Below, one piece after another: positions 1 through 9,603 of a stretch of DNA of 64,000 nt. Numbering within the stretch: position 1 is the stretch's first letter; the number at the start of each line of letters is the position of its first letter. The notes beneath the pieces are model-generated. The model saw only the letters and a list, made by a program, of their open reading frames with translations. It made no database searches and was not told the DNA's origin. Source of the stretch: Saprospiraceae bacterium (lineage in GTDB: Bacteria > Bacteroidota > Bacteroidia > Chitinophagales > Saprospiraceae); contig JAYTUY010000012.1 of the NCBI GenBank assembly GCA_043744275.1, forward strand, positions 5,403-69,402, in the 5' to 3' direction. A program made the position numbers and the translations under genes.

Positions 1-745
1 AGAGGCAGGCTTGCGCGAATGGAATAAAAATATACCTGAAGAAATCAATAAATTACTCACGGATGCTGTAACTGATTTATACTTTTGCCCGACTCAAACA
101 GGCGTAGATAATTTAGAAAAACAGGGCATCATTGAAAACGTATTCAATACAGGTGATATAGGTATTGATTTGATTGCCAATAATTTAGATAAAATTGAGA
201 ACAATAAATCACTGCTTGAAAAACTTGAAATGACTGAGGGGTCTTATTTTTTTATGACCTGTCATAGAGCTTCAAACACCAATGATGTTGAAAATTTAAA
301 ACAAATTTTGAGCATTTTTGAAGACATCAACGAGCCTATTATTTTCCCAATTCACCCCCGTACAAGAGCTATTATTGAGCAAAATGGACTCGGTCATTTC
401 TTAGAAAAAAAGAATGTGAAAGCCATTGAGCCCATTGGTTTTTGGGATACTCAGACGCTTATTCGCCATGCTAAAATGGTTTTGACAGACTCAGGTGGCG
501 TTGTGAAAGAAGCCTATTTTCATCAAGTTCCGTGCTTGATTATGGATCAACAAATCGAGTGGATTGAGTCAGTCAATGAAGGTTGGAGCCATATTGTCGG
601 CGCGAGTCAAGAGAATATTTTAAACAAAATTCATAACTTTGGGATGCCCACATTGCAAAGCCATTTTTTAGGAAATGGTACAGCAGCGAAGCAAATTGTC
701 TCACATTTGAAGGCGTTTTTATTGAAAAAGAAAGCAAATGTCTAA
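1..745 (+). CDS. wecB: UDP-N-acetylglucosamine 2-epimerase family protein, C-terminal part (5' end outside window; the TTG at 11 is internal)
   Basis: The frame is open from the window edge. Motifs FPIHPRTR and VLTDSGGVVKEA fit the Epimerase_2 fold. A hydrolysing NeuC-type enzyme cannot be excluded. Confidence 0.7.
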   Translation, partial: EAGLREWNKNIPEEINKLLTDAVTDLYFCPTQTGVDNLEKQGIIENVFNTGDIGIDLIANNLDKIENNKSLLEKLEMTEGSYFFMTCHRASNTNDVENLKQILSIFEDINEPIIFPIHPRTRAIIEQNGLGHFLEKKNVKAIEPIGFWDTQTLIRHAKMVLTDSGGVVKEAYFHQVPCLIMDQQIEWIESVNEGWSHIVGASQENILNKIHNFGMPTLQSHFLGNGTAAKQIVSHLKAFLLKKKANV

Positions 746-2207
746 ATTTATAGAAAAATTAAAATTTAAGATTTGGCATCCTTACCTCATAATTTTATAT
801 TTTATATTGAAAAATGCCGATGATATTCACCTGCCTATGTTTCAGTGGATAGAGGCTGTTGGCATATTTTTAATTCTTTCGAGCATCATTTTCCTTATTT
901 TATTGATTGCCAAAAAAACACCGTTGAACACCCTAAAGGTTAGTTTACTCATCACTTTTGCCAGCGGCATATTGCTTTTTTTACTCCCCATTTTCAGCAC
1001 ATTCAATTATTTATACCCCTCAGTATTTGAACGTGTGAGGCAAGTTCTCCTGTTTTCTTCTATAATTTGGCTTATTTTAAGTGCATTTATTTTGTTGAAA
1101 AAGAAAAAAACATTCATTGGACTCAATTATTATCTCAATGTTTTACTTATAACCTTTTGTACATGGGAGCTTGCGAAGAGTGGTTACGAATCATTGATGG
1201 CTTCTGAGGAAACGTATTCAAATGTCAGTTCAACCTCATTAAAATCAAAATACAGTATTTATTTAATCGTGCCTGATGGCTATGCGTCGTCAAAAAATCT
1301 GAAAAATTATTGGCAATTTGACAATACTGAATTTGATAATTATTTAAGTCAAAAAGGTTTTTTTAAAGCCTCCAACAGTCATTCAAACTATAAATATACG
1401 GTGTTGACAATGGGGTCAAGCTTGAATATGACTTATTTTGTATCTCGTTCAGAGCCATATATTGCCAGCCAAATAAAGCGAAATCAAACGTGTAAAGTCT
1501 TGGATAAGCTAAATTATGACTGCTTTATGCTCGATTTTAGCGGCAATAATTACAAATATGACTCGAAAAATACTCAAGTTGATTTCAAATTATTGCTCTA
1601 CATGCAGTCTGCCGCTTATTTGATTTGTGAATCTTTAGGAGTAGAAATTTTCAAGGATTCTTATATGACCAATAATAAAGTTTTTACTCAATTTGAGTCT
1701 TATTTAGATGCTTCAAAAAAGCAATTTATTTATATGCACTCCATGATTACGCATCCGCCTTTTTATGATAGAGCGGAAGATAGTCCTGAAAAAAATGATA
1801 CAACATTGAATAGAATTCTCGACAAAATGGGAAGTGATGAATGGTTGTTTAGGAAAAATACTTGGCGAAGTATTGGCTCGCTGCAAGACGATGAGTACTT
1901 AAAACATATATATTTAAGTAAGATAAAATACACCAATCTGCAAATTCAAAATACCTTAGATAAAAATTGGGAGACCTTAAAAAATAGCGTTGTCATCGTA
2001 ATGAGTGATCATGGATTTAGAGAATTGCCTGGTTCAATACAAGATGTAAAAGCAGAAACTTACACCAATTTTTGCGCAATTTACTACCCAGATAAAAATT
2101 ATTCAGCATTAAATGACTCCATTACGCCTATCAATGTGATAAGAATGGCATTGAATAAAGCCATTGATTCACAACTTAAATATATTCCTGATAGAACAAA
2201 TTTATAA
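738..2207 (+). CDS. membrane-anchored sulfatase/alkaline-phosphatase superfamily protein (LTA-synthase or phosphoethanolamine-transferase-like)
   Basis: The N-terminal half is hydrophobic and multi-pass. The C-terminal half carries VVIVMSDHGF. It overlaps the upstream gene by 8 nt. Confidence 0.55.
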   Translation: MSKFIEKLKFKIWHPYLIILYFILKNADDIHLPMFQWIEAVGIFLILSSIIFLILLIAKKTPLNTLKVSLLITFASGILLFLLPIFSTFNYLYPSVFERVRQVLLFSSIIWLILSAFILLKKKKTFIGLNYYLNVLLITFCTWELAKSGYESLMASEETYSNVSSTSLKSKYSIYLIVPDGYASSKNLKNYWQFDNTEFDNYLSQKGFFKASNSHSNYKYTVLTMGSSLNMTYFVSRSEPYIASQIKRNQTCKVLDKLNYDCFMLDFSGNNYKYDSKNTQVDFKLLLYMQSAAYLICESLGVEIFKDSYMTNNKVFTQFESYLDASKKQFIYMHSMITHPPFYDRAEDSPEKNDTTLNRILDKMGSDEWLFRKNTWRSIGSLQDDEYLKHIYLSKIKYTNLQIQNTLDKNWETLKNSVVIVMSDHGFRELPGSIQDVKAETYTNFCAIYYPDKNYSALNDSITPINVIRMALNKAIDSQLKYIPDRTNL

Positions 2208-2325
2208 TCAACGTCAATTTTTTGTAAGAATCTAATTATTTAAAAATTGACATAATAAACCTTAATTTTACGCAAAAAAGGGCTTCAAAAGCCCCTTTAT
2301 TCACTATTTTGCAATAAAAATTTTA

Positions 2326-3066
2326 ATGATAATCGCCATTCACCAACCCAATTATTTACCTTGGCTGGGCTATTTCTATAAGATTTGGGCGAGTGACATT
2401 TTCGTTTTGCACGACAATGTTGAGTTTACGAAGCAGAGTTTTACGAAACGCGTTTTTATCCGAAAATCAGCCAATTCTACTGAGGCGACCTATCTGAGTG
2501 TGCCTTTAAAAAAACACAGTGATTTTATTTTTATAAAAAATTTAAAAATTTCTACTGAGCAAAATTGGCAAAAAAGCCATTTGAATAAAATTTATAACAC
2601 CTATCATCGCACGCCATTTTTTAATCATTATTACCCCATTATTTCTAAGACTTTACTCGATTCTTATTTGACTGAAAGTTTAGCCGAATTGAATAAAAAA
2701 TTAATTTTAAATATTTTAAATATCTTAAACATTGATAGTCAAATAGTTATGTCGTCTGATTTGCCTTTGTCGGGCTATCGGGCAGATGAATTTAATGCGG
2801 CGATTGTAGAGCATTTGGGCGGCAGTGTTTATATCAGCGGCACGGGTGCTAAGAAATATCAATCTGAAAATACATATCAAGAGCGCAATATTGCTTTGAT
2901 GTACAATCAAATCGGTAAATTTTTAAACAGCACACCCCCTCAGTATCCAACACATTTTATGGGAAATTTAAGTATTTTAGACGCTCTATTTTACATCGGA
3001 GAAAAAGAAATTTTAAATATATTTGAGCAGTATTTTCTATCGCAACAAAAAGTAGTAACAGTCTAA
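2326..3066 (+). CDS. WbqC family protein (polysaccharide-cluster associated)
   Basis: The N-terminus MIIAIHQPNYLPWLGYFYKI is the hallmark start of WbqC-like proteins (recalled from memory). Confidence 0.75.
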   Translation: MIIAIHQPNYLPWLGYFYKIWASDIFVLHDNVEFTKQSFTKRVFIRKSANSTEATYLSVPLKKHSDFIFIKNLKISTEQNWQKSHLNKIYNTYHRTPFFNHYYPIISKTLLDSYLTESLAELNKKLILNILNILNIDSQIVMSSDLPLSGYRADEFNAAIVEHLGGSVYISGTGAKKYQSENTYQERNIALMYNQIGKFLNSTPPQYPTHFMGNLSILDALFYIGEKEILNIFEQYFLSQQKVVTV

Positions 3067-3078
3067 TCAAATTATTTC

Positions 3079-4917
3079 ATGAAAAACCCAACCCGTCTTT
3101 TTGATTTTATTTATCATCAAAATGACAATTATCCGCAAGAGAAAGCCTTTTCTTATAGGCATGAGGGCAAAGAAGTCAGCTCTTTTTCAACGGCTCAAAT
3201 TATTGAATTAGCCAATAAAGTGAGTTGTGGCTTATTAAAATTAGGCTTGAAACCGGGCGATAAAATCACTTCCATCATCGTTAAAAATCGCCCTGAGTGG
3301 ACGATTTTGGATTTGGGTATGATGCAAATCGGTGTCATCAATGTACCTGTTTATCCCTCTATCAGTTCATCGGATTATGTCTATATTTTCAACGATGCGG
3401 AGGTGAAAATGTGCTTTATTGGCGATGATACTGAGGGGTCTGTTTTTAAAAAAGTAAAAATAGCGCAAAGCACTGTGCCTTCATTATCAACGATTTATAC
3501 ATTTGATAAAACAGAAAATATTCCTTTTTGGGAAAATATTTTGCAAAATACTGAGGGGTATCAAAGCGAAGTGGATAGAATAAAAAAGACGGTTTTACCA
3601 ATCGATTTAGCCACCATAATTTACACTTCTGGTACGACAGGGCAGCCAAAAGGCGTGATGCTTTCGCATGAAAATATTGTCTCGAATATCAAATCAACAA
3701 TGCCCGTTGTGCCTATTCAAGCGGGTGATAGAGGTTTGAGTTTTCTACCATTGAATCATATATTTGAGCGCGTTTGCTCGTATGCCTACATGTATGCAGG
3801 GGCGAACGTGACATTCACGGGCGTTGATAATCTGGGCGGCGATAATGGCGATTTGAAAGCCGTGCAACCACATTTTTTTACAACTGTTCCACGACTTTTA
3901 GAAAAAGTTTATGAAAAAATATACAACAAGGGCTTGGAACTGAGGGGTCTGAAACGCGCTATTTTCTTTTGGGCGTTGCGGCTCACAGACGATTACGATT
4001 ACGATAAAGAATATACGGGGTTTAAAAAATTCCAAATGAGCATCGCTGATAAACTCGTTTTTACTAAGTGGCGTGAGGCTTTGGGCGGCTCTATAAAAGG
4101 CATCGTGGTGGCAGCGTCGCCTTGCCCGATGAAAATTTTGAAGACATTTTCAGCCGCCGGCATTCCTGTTCGCGAAGGCTATGGCTTGACAGAATCCTCG
4201 CCCGGTATTTCTATCAACCGCTTCGATAAGGGCATGTCGCGGATTGGATGTGTAGGCTCAGTACTCAATGGCGTGGAAGTCATGATTGACAGCAGCGATG
4301 GTAATTATGCCAAAAACGAAGGCGAAATCCTATCGAGTGGACTCAATACCATGATGGGCTACTACAATAAACCTGAAGAAACGGCAAAAGTCATCAAATA
4401 TATAGACGGGAAACGCTGGCTTTGCACGGGCGATATTGGCAAATTTGAAGAGCAAAATGGCTTTAAGTTTTTGAAAATAACAGACCGTAAAAAGGAACTA
4501 CTCAAGACTTCGGGCGGCAAATATGTAGCACCTGCACCAATTGAAAATAAATTTCGTGAAGACTTTTTGATAGAGCAAATAATGGTGGTGGGCGACAATC
4601 AAAAATTCGTTTCAGCGTTGATTGTTCCAGCTATTGATGCGCTCAAAGATTGGTGTCAACATCATGGCATTACTTGGACGCAGCTTTCAGAAATTGTTGA
4701 TAATCAAGAAGTTGTGAAAAAATATAAAGAAATTTTGGAAAAATACAACCCTAATTTTAGCCACGTAGAGCAAGTAAAAGTCTTTCGCCTCGTAGCCGAT
4801 AATTGGGAACCTGTGAAAGCCGATGGTTCTGTTGGCGAGTTGACACCGACGATGAAACTCAAGCGGCGTGTGATTTTGCAGAAATATAAAAGTATCATTG
4901 AAGAAATCTATAAATAA
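3079..4917 (+). CDS. long-chain fatty acid--CoA ligase (AMP-binding enzyme)
   Basis: AMP-binding signature IIYTSGTTGQPKGVMLSH, plus the GYGLTE and TGDIG motifs. Length is 612 aa. Confidence 0.85.
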   Translation: MKNPTRLFDFIYHQNDNYPQEKAFSYRHEGKEVSSFSTAQIIELANKVSCGLLKLGLKPGDKITSIIVKNRPEWTILDLGMMQIGVINVPVYPSISSSDYVYIFNDAEVKMCFIGDDTEGSVFKKVKIAQSTVPSLSTIYTFDKTENIPFWENILQNTEGYQSEVDRIKKTVLPIDLATIIYTSGTTGQPKGVMLSHENIVSNIKSTMPVVPIQAGDRGLSFLPLNHIFERVCSYAYMYAGANVTFTGVDNLGGDNGDLKAVQPHFFTTVPRLLEKVYEKIYNKGLELRGLKRAIFFWALRLTDDYDYDKEYTGFKKFQMSIADKLVFTKWREALGGSIKGIVVAASPCPMKILKTFSAAGIPVREGYGLTESSPGISINRFDKGMSRIGCVGSVLNGVEVMIDSSDGNYAKNEGEILSSGLNTMMGYYNKPEETAKVIKYIDGKRWLCTGDIGKFEEQNGFKFLKITDRKKELLKTSGGKYVAPAPIENKFREDFLIEQIMVVGDNQKFVSALIVPAIDALKDWCQHHGITWTQLSEIVDNQEVVKKYKEILEKYNPNFSHVEQVKVFRLVADNWEPVKADGSVGELTPTMKLKRRVILQKYKSIIEEIYK

Positions 4918-4920
4918 AAA

Positions 4921-5433
4921 ATGGCTTTAATAAAACCTGTCAATGGCATAGAACCGAAGTTCGGTCAAAACTGTTACTTAGCTGAAAATGCGACGATAGT
5001 TGGCGATGTTGAAATGGGCGACGATTGCTCGGTTTGGTTCACGGCTGTGGTTCGGGGCGACGTCAATTCTATCCGAATGGGCAACAAAGTGAATGTGCAA
5101 GATGGGGCAGTGATTCATTGCACCTATAAATTATCGGTGACCACTATCGGCAACAACGTCTCAATTGGGCATCGCGCCTTGGTGCATGGGTGTACGATTC
5201 ACGACAATGTGCTCGTAGGCATGGGGGCGATAGTGATGGATAATGTGGTTGTGGAATCCAACGTTTTGATAGCGGCGGGCGCAGTGGTGCTTGAAAATGC
5301 CCACCTCGAATCGGGTTTTATCTACGCAGGAGTGCCTGCAAAAAAAGTGAAACCCCTCAGTATAGAAGCCTTTCAGCACAATATCGAGCGCATTGCTAAC
5401 AATTATGTGATGTATGCGGACTGGTTTAGATAG
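4921..5433 (+). CDS. gamma carbonic anhydrase family / hexapeptide-repeat protein (YrdA/PaaY-like)
   Basis: Hexapeptide left-handed beta-helix repeats run through the protein. It starts 3 nt after the upstream stop. Confidence 0.8.
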   Translation: MALIKPVNGIEPKFGQNCYLAENATIVGDVEMGDDCSVWFTAVVRGDVNSIRMGNKVNVQDGAVIHCTYKLSVTTIGNNVSIGHRALVHGCTIHDNVLVGMGAIVMDNVVVESNVLIAAGAVVLENAHLESGFIYAGVPAKKVKPLSIEAFQHNIERIANNYVMYADWFR

Positions 5434-5457
5434 ATAGTTGAATAAATAATTCGGGAG

Positions 5458-5493
5458 TAACTTTACGAGGGTTTTAAAACCCTCGTAAAGTTA
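5458..5493. terminator. perfect 36-bp palindrome TAACTTTACGAGGGTTTT/AAAACCCTCGTAAAGTTA
   Basis: Read directly from the sequence. It lies 25 nt after the stop at 5433. A near-identical copy is at 6015-6048. Confidence 0.6.
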
Positions 5494-5554
5494 TAACTAA
5501 TTGAAAGTCAATATTTTATGTTTATTAATTGAGAAATTAAAAATTGAATTATAC

Positions 5555-5992
5555 ATGAAAAAAATACTGTTTTTATTTTTAACAATCGCAGCGACAACGG
5601 CTTTTTCACAATCAGGTTTGAAAGACAATACTTGGAAAACGCTGTCCAAAATCACTTTCAAAAAAGAATACGACGAAGCATTGGGCATGAAAATAGACAT
5701 CCCTGTTTTCGGCAATGAAATCAAAGCCTTGTCAGGCAAAGAAGTGACCGTAAAAGGCTACATCATCCCAACGGATGGTTACAAAAACCAAAAAGAATTT
5801 GTCTTTTCAGCATTTCCTTACAATATGTGCTTTTTTTGTGGGGGCGCGGGACCTGAAACCGTGATGGAAGTGAATTCAAAAATGCCCATCGTTTACACCT
5901 CCGAACCTGTATATTTGAAAGGCATTTTGAGGCTCAATGGCACGGATGTTAATCGGCTGATTTATACGTTGGATAATGCGGAGAAACTTTGA
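5555..5992 (+). CDS. hypothetical secreted protein
   Basis: I moved the start to ATG 5555, giving the signal peptide MKKILFLFLTIAATTAFSQ. I recognised no family. Confidence 0.5.
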   Translation: MKKILFLFLTIAATTAFSQSGLKDNTWKTLSKITFKKEYDEALGMKIDIPVFGNEIKALSGKEVTVKGYIIPTDGYKNQKEFVFSAFPYNMCFFCGGAGPETVMEVNSKMPIVYTSEPVYLKGILRLNGTDVNRLIYTLDNAEKL

Positions 5993-6014
5993 AAATTCAA
6001 TTTTGAACGGTTGC

Positions 6015-6048
6015 AACTCTACGAGGGTTTTGAAACCCTCGTAGAGTT
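6015..6048. terminator. palindrome AACTCTACGAGGGTTT-TG-AAACCCTCGTAGAGTT, bidirectional terminator candidate
   Basis: It lies between convergent genes (stops at 5992 and 6137) and is a copy of the 5458-5493 palindrome. Confidence 0.6.
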
Positions 6049-6136
6049 ATTAGCTGCATATAATTTATAACAAAAAAAGCGAATCTGCTACAGATTCGCT
6101 TTTATCATATAATGTAAAACAATAAAAATCAAATAC

Positions 6137-6508
6137 TTACGCTACGACGACTGAATTGTCAACGCCAAAAGGAGTCGCTACATATTTAGGTGCATCCCAT
6201 GCGTTAGTCCATGTTTCACCGTTAAGAAGGAAGCGATATTGGTATTCTTTACCCGCCTCAAGCTCTACAGTTGCGCCAAATGAACCGTCTTTTTGTTTTT
6301 TCAAAGCAATACCTTCTGCGGCATTCCAATTGTTAAAATCACCGACTGCAACCACTGATTTAGCCGTTGCAACCGCTTCTTTAGGAAGGCTTAAAGTTAC
6401 TTTTGTTGTTGATTTTGAAGCAGTTGCTTTTTTAGCAGTTGCTTTAGGTGCTGTTTCAGCGACTGGAGCCGTTTCGGCTTTAGGTGCTGTTGATTTTTTA
6501 GCTGCCAT
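6137..6508 (-). CDS. CBM48/early-set glycogen-binding domain protein with an A/K/T/P-rich N-terminal tail
   Basis: VAVGDFNNWN...EYQYRFLLNGETW resembles the AMPK-beta/isoamylase N-terminal domain. The opposite-strand ORF 6156-6533 is judged a shadow. Confidence 0.6.
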   Translation of the reverse strand: MAAKKSTAPKAETAPVAETAPKATAKKATASKSTTKVTLSLPKEAVATAKSVVAVGDFNNWNAAEGIALKKQKDGSFGATVELEAGKEYQYRFLLNGETWTNAWDAPKYVATPFGVDNSVVVA

Positions 6509-6886
6509 TTTCTTGAAATTAATTGATGAATGAATAAATTTTGATGAATTTTTTTTTAAACAATCGGGTATTTCTTGTAAAATAAAATTGGTTTTGTTTG
6601 TTAATTTAAAAACTAACGATTTAGAGACTGACTTAGTGTAAAAAGGACACTATATTTTTTAAAAAATAATTTTACTTGTTATAAAAAATACTTACATAAA
6701 AAGCGTTGATAATCAATGTTTTAGAATAAAAAAATATTTACTTAAAATCTAATCGAAATTTTAATTTTAAATTTTTATTAAAATCAAAATATAATTTTGA
6801 GTGAAAAAAGTTTAGATTTTTCAAAAAAATCACCCAATTCTAAATGATGTTTTTTCCAATTAATCAATTAGCCGAGTTTTTTAATC

Positions 6887-6894
6887 TAACTTTG
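6887..6894 (+). promoter_or_regulatory. Bacteroidota -7 box TAACTTTG upstream of hisIE
   Basis: Matches the TAnnTTTG consensus, 42 nt before ATG 6936. Confidence 0.45.
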
Positions 6895-6935
6895 CGTCAC
6901 AAAAAATAAGCCAATCCATTAAATATTTTCCTAAA

Positions 6936-7553
6936 ATGAAAATTAATTTTAATTTAAAAGTCCTTGATTTTCAAAAAGTTGATGGCTTAATGCCTGCTAT
7001 TATTCAAGATGCCACTACTTCCAAAGTGTTGATGCTGGGATATATGAACGAAGACGCGCTTTTGAAGACATGTACTGAGGGGGTCGTGACGTTTTTCTCT
7101 CGCTCTAAAAATCGGTTGTGGACGAAGGGCGAAACTTCTCAAAATTTCCTCCACGTCGTGAGTATCAAAGAAGATTGTGATGCCGATACGCTGCTGATAA
7201 AAGTGAAACCTGATGGACCCACCTGTCATACAGGGGCGGATACGTGTTGGAATGAAAAAAATATAGACAGTGATTTCTTAAAATATCTTGAAAAAATAAT
7301 CCAACAACGCAAACTTGAAGACCCCTCAGTATCAACGAGTTACACCAATTCTTTATTTCAAAAAGGCATCAATAAAGTGGCTCAAAAAGTGGGTGAAGAA
7401 GCCGTCGAATTGGTCATAGAAGCCAAAGACGATAACCGCGATTTGTTCCTCAACGAAGCGGCTGATTTGATGTATCATTATATCGTCTTGCTCGCTGCTA
7501 AGAATTTTGAACTGGAAGATGTGTTGAATATTTTAAGAGAAAGAAATGCTTAG
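6936..7553 (+). CDS. hisIE: bifunctional phosphoribosyl-AMP cyclohydrolase / phosphoribosyl-ATP diphosphatase
   Basis: HisI core MLGYMNEDAL...WTKGETSQNF...DCDADTLL...CHTG is followed by a HisE-type C-terminal helical domain. Confidence 0.9.
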   Translation: MKINFNLKVLDFQKVDGLMPAIIQDATTSKVLMLGYMNEDALLKTCTEGVVTFFSRSKNRLWTKGETSQNFLHVVSIKEDCDADTLLIKVKPDGPTCHTGADTCWNEKNIDSDFLKYLEKIIQQRKLEDPSVSTSYTNSLFQKGINKVAQKVGEEAVELVIEAKDDNRDLFLNEAADLMYHYIVLLAAKNFELEDVLNILRERNA

Positions 7554-7565
7554 TGATTAGTTTGA

Positions 7566-7654
7566 GTGCAATGGGACACTGATTTTACTGATGAGACTGA
7601 TTTTTATTGATCATTAACATCAGTCGCATCTGTAAAATCAGTGTCCCATTGCAC
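7566..7654. repeat. 89-nt long hairpin with perfect 23-bp arms GTGCAATGGGACACTGATTTTAC and a further imperfect inner stem
   Basis: Arms at 7566-7588 and 7632-7654, read directly. It lies in the hisIE-kynU spacer. Confidence 0.6.
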
Positions 7655-7710
7655 CCAAAACTTTCTTTTTGATAATTTTATCCAAAATTTGAAATCTAAT
7701 CTCTTATTAC

Positions 7711-8958
7711 ATGTCATTTGAAAACTCACTCGCCTACGCCCGTGCCCTCGATGCACAAGACCCTTTAAAAAACTTTCGGGATGAATTTCACTGCCCAATG
7801 CACAACGGCGAACGCGCCATTTATTTCTGCGGCAATTCTCTCGGCTTGCAACCCAAAGCGACTGAAATAGCCATCCAATATGAACTCGATTATTGGAAAA
7901 AATATGGTGTGGAAGGTTGGTTTTCAGGAGAAACGCCGTGGCTGAGTTATCATAAAAATATGTCGGAATTGGCTGCTCTCATCGTCGGTGCGCGACCTGA
8001 AGAGGTGATAATTATGAACACTTTGACGGTCAATTTGCATTTAATGATGGTCTCTTTTTATCGCCCCACATCAAAACGGTTTAAAATATTGATGGAAGGC
8101 GGAGCATTCCCAAGCGACCAATATGCCATAGAAACCCAAGCCCGTTTTCATGGATTCGACCCCTCAGTATCTATCATAGAATTAATGCCGAGAGAAGGTG
8201 AAGACTGTTTAAGAACAGAAGATATTTTGCAAGTCATTGAAAATGAAGGCGATACGCTTGCATTAATTTTATTAGGTGGTATTAATTATTACACAGGGCA
8301 ATTTTATGATATTGAAAAAATTACAGCAGCAGGTCATCGCGTGGGTGCGCAAGTCGGCTTCGATTTAGCCCATGCGGCGGGTAATGTACCCCTCAGTCTG
8401 CACGATTGGAACGTGGATTTTGCGGTGTGGTGTACTTACAAATACCTCAATTCAGGACCGGGTGGCGTGAGTGGGGCGTTTGTACATACTCGACATTTTC
8501 AAGAGAATCTCCCCCGTTTTGCAGGTTGGTGGGGGCATGATGAAGCACAGCGTTTCAAAATGGAAAAGGGATTTATTCCGATGGTCGGTGCAGCGGGTTG
8601 GCAGGTTTCAACGGCTCAAATTATTCCTTTAGCGATGCATAAAGCGAGTTTAGAGATTTTCAAAAAAGCAAGAGGTATGGCTGTTTTAAGAAAAAAAGCC
8701 TTGAATTTGACGGCTTATTTAGCATATTTATTAGAACAATCGTCGCATCATTTCAAAATAATTACCCCCTCAGTATCAGAGGAACGTGGCACTCAATTGT
8801 CCATTTTAACTGATGAAAATGGTAAAAAACTCTTTGATTATTTGTCTGAAAATGGTGTGATTTGCGATTGGCGAGAGCCGAATGTGATTCGATTGGCACC
8901 TGTTCCGTTGTATAATTCGTTTGAGGAAGTTTGGCGTGTGGGGGAGTTGATGAAGTGA
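7711..8958 (+). CDS. kynU: kynureninase
   Basis: The WCTYKYLNSGPGGVSG PLP-lysine region and overall kynureninase-like sequence. Length is 415 aa. Confidence 0.9.
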   Translation: MSFENSLAYARALDAQDPLKNFRDEFHCPMHNGERAIYFCGNSLGLQPKATEIAIQYELDYWKKYGVEGWFSGETPWLSYHKNMSELAALIVGARPEEVIIMNTLTVNLHLMMVSFYRPTSKRFKILMEGGAFPSDQYAIETQARFHGFDPSVSIIELMPREGEDCLRTEDILQVIENEGDTLALILLGGINYYTGQFYDIEKITAAGHRVGAQVGFDLAHAAGNVPLSLHDWNVDFAVWCTYKYLNSGPGGVSGAFVHTRHFQENLPRFAGWWGHDEAQRFKMEKGFIPMVGAAGWQVSTAQIIPLAMHKASLEIFKKARGMAVLRKKALNLTAYLAYLLEQSSHHFKIITPSVSEERGTQLSILTDENGKKLFDYLSENGVICDWREPNVIRLAPVPLYNSFEEVWRVGELMK

Positions 8959-8970
8959 ATTGAACAGACC

Positions 8971-8998
8971 TTTCCAAAAGTTTTAAAACTTTTGGAAA
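8971..8998. terminator. palindrome TTTCCAAAAGTTTT/AAAACTTTTGGAAA, bidirectional terminator candidate
   Basis: It lies between convergent stops at 8958 and 9011. A near-identical copy is at 61894-61918. Confidence 0.55.
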
Positions 8999-9010
8999 AG
9001 TAGAGTTATA

Positions 9011-9532
9011 TTACACTTTTACAGGCAAATCCGAAGGTTTAGGCGTCAAATCAAGCAAATGTAGCTTATTTCTTTTGCCAATTTTATAATTTTTCACGCC
9101 CGACAATTTATCAATAATCCAACCCATCAACAGCGAACCGCCACCTACCACAAGGGCTTCATTGCAATTCGGACAATCAGGCGAGAGCCTTCCCAAAGTA
9201 GAAAATAGAATCAAACCCACTCCAAAACCTTGAAGCATTCGACCCGTTACTTTTGCGCCTCGATGCGCATACGGATTGCGCAATCCGATAATGTCATCGA
9301 AGTGAATTTGCCAATTTTCAAAGACGATGATGCCTTTATCTGTATCAAAATCCTTAATAATTTCGGAATACCATATATTATTCCCCTTCGTATCTTCCAA
9401 TTTGAAAATAATACGCGAGCCGATGTAATAGGCTGCTTTCGATGGATTTTTAGGTGTATCGAGCTTGAGAACCTTTTGTGAAAAAGCCGATGAAGTGAGA
9501 GATAATAATAATATGAGTAAAGTTAGGCGCAT
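9011..9532 (-). CDS. hypothetical secreted/membrane protein
   Basis: Signal peptide MRLTLLILLLSLTSSAFSQ and a C-terminal hydrophobic glycine-rich segment. I recognised no family. Confidence 0.5.
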   Translation of the reverse strand: MRLTLLILLLSLTSSAFSQKVLKLDTPKNPSKAAYYIGSRIIFKLEDTKGNNIWYSEIIKDFDTDKGIIVFENWQIHFDDIIGLRNPYAHRGAKVTGRMLQGFGVGLILFSTLGRLSPDCPNCNEALVVGGGSLLMGWIIDKLSGVKNYKIGKRNKLHLLDLTPKPSDLPVKV

Positions 9533-9603
9533 AGTAAAACGAATTGATGAGCCGAAAGAGTTTCAGCAAGTTGAATTGATAGGATATGGTTACAACGATA
9601 TCG

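Noticed and set aside
6156-6533. A 125-aa plus-strand ORF overlaps the CBM48 gene.
   Set aside because: The minus-strand frame gives a recognisable CBM48 domain and a sensible start. The plus-strand product is an Ala/Val-rich mirror of the GC-rich low-complexity region.
6936-7553. hisIE stands alone without other his genes.
   Set aside because: Dispersed his genes occur in many lineages. The gene looks intact and has its own promoter box, so nothing here is anomalous.
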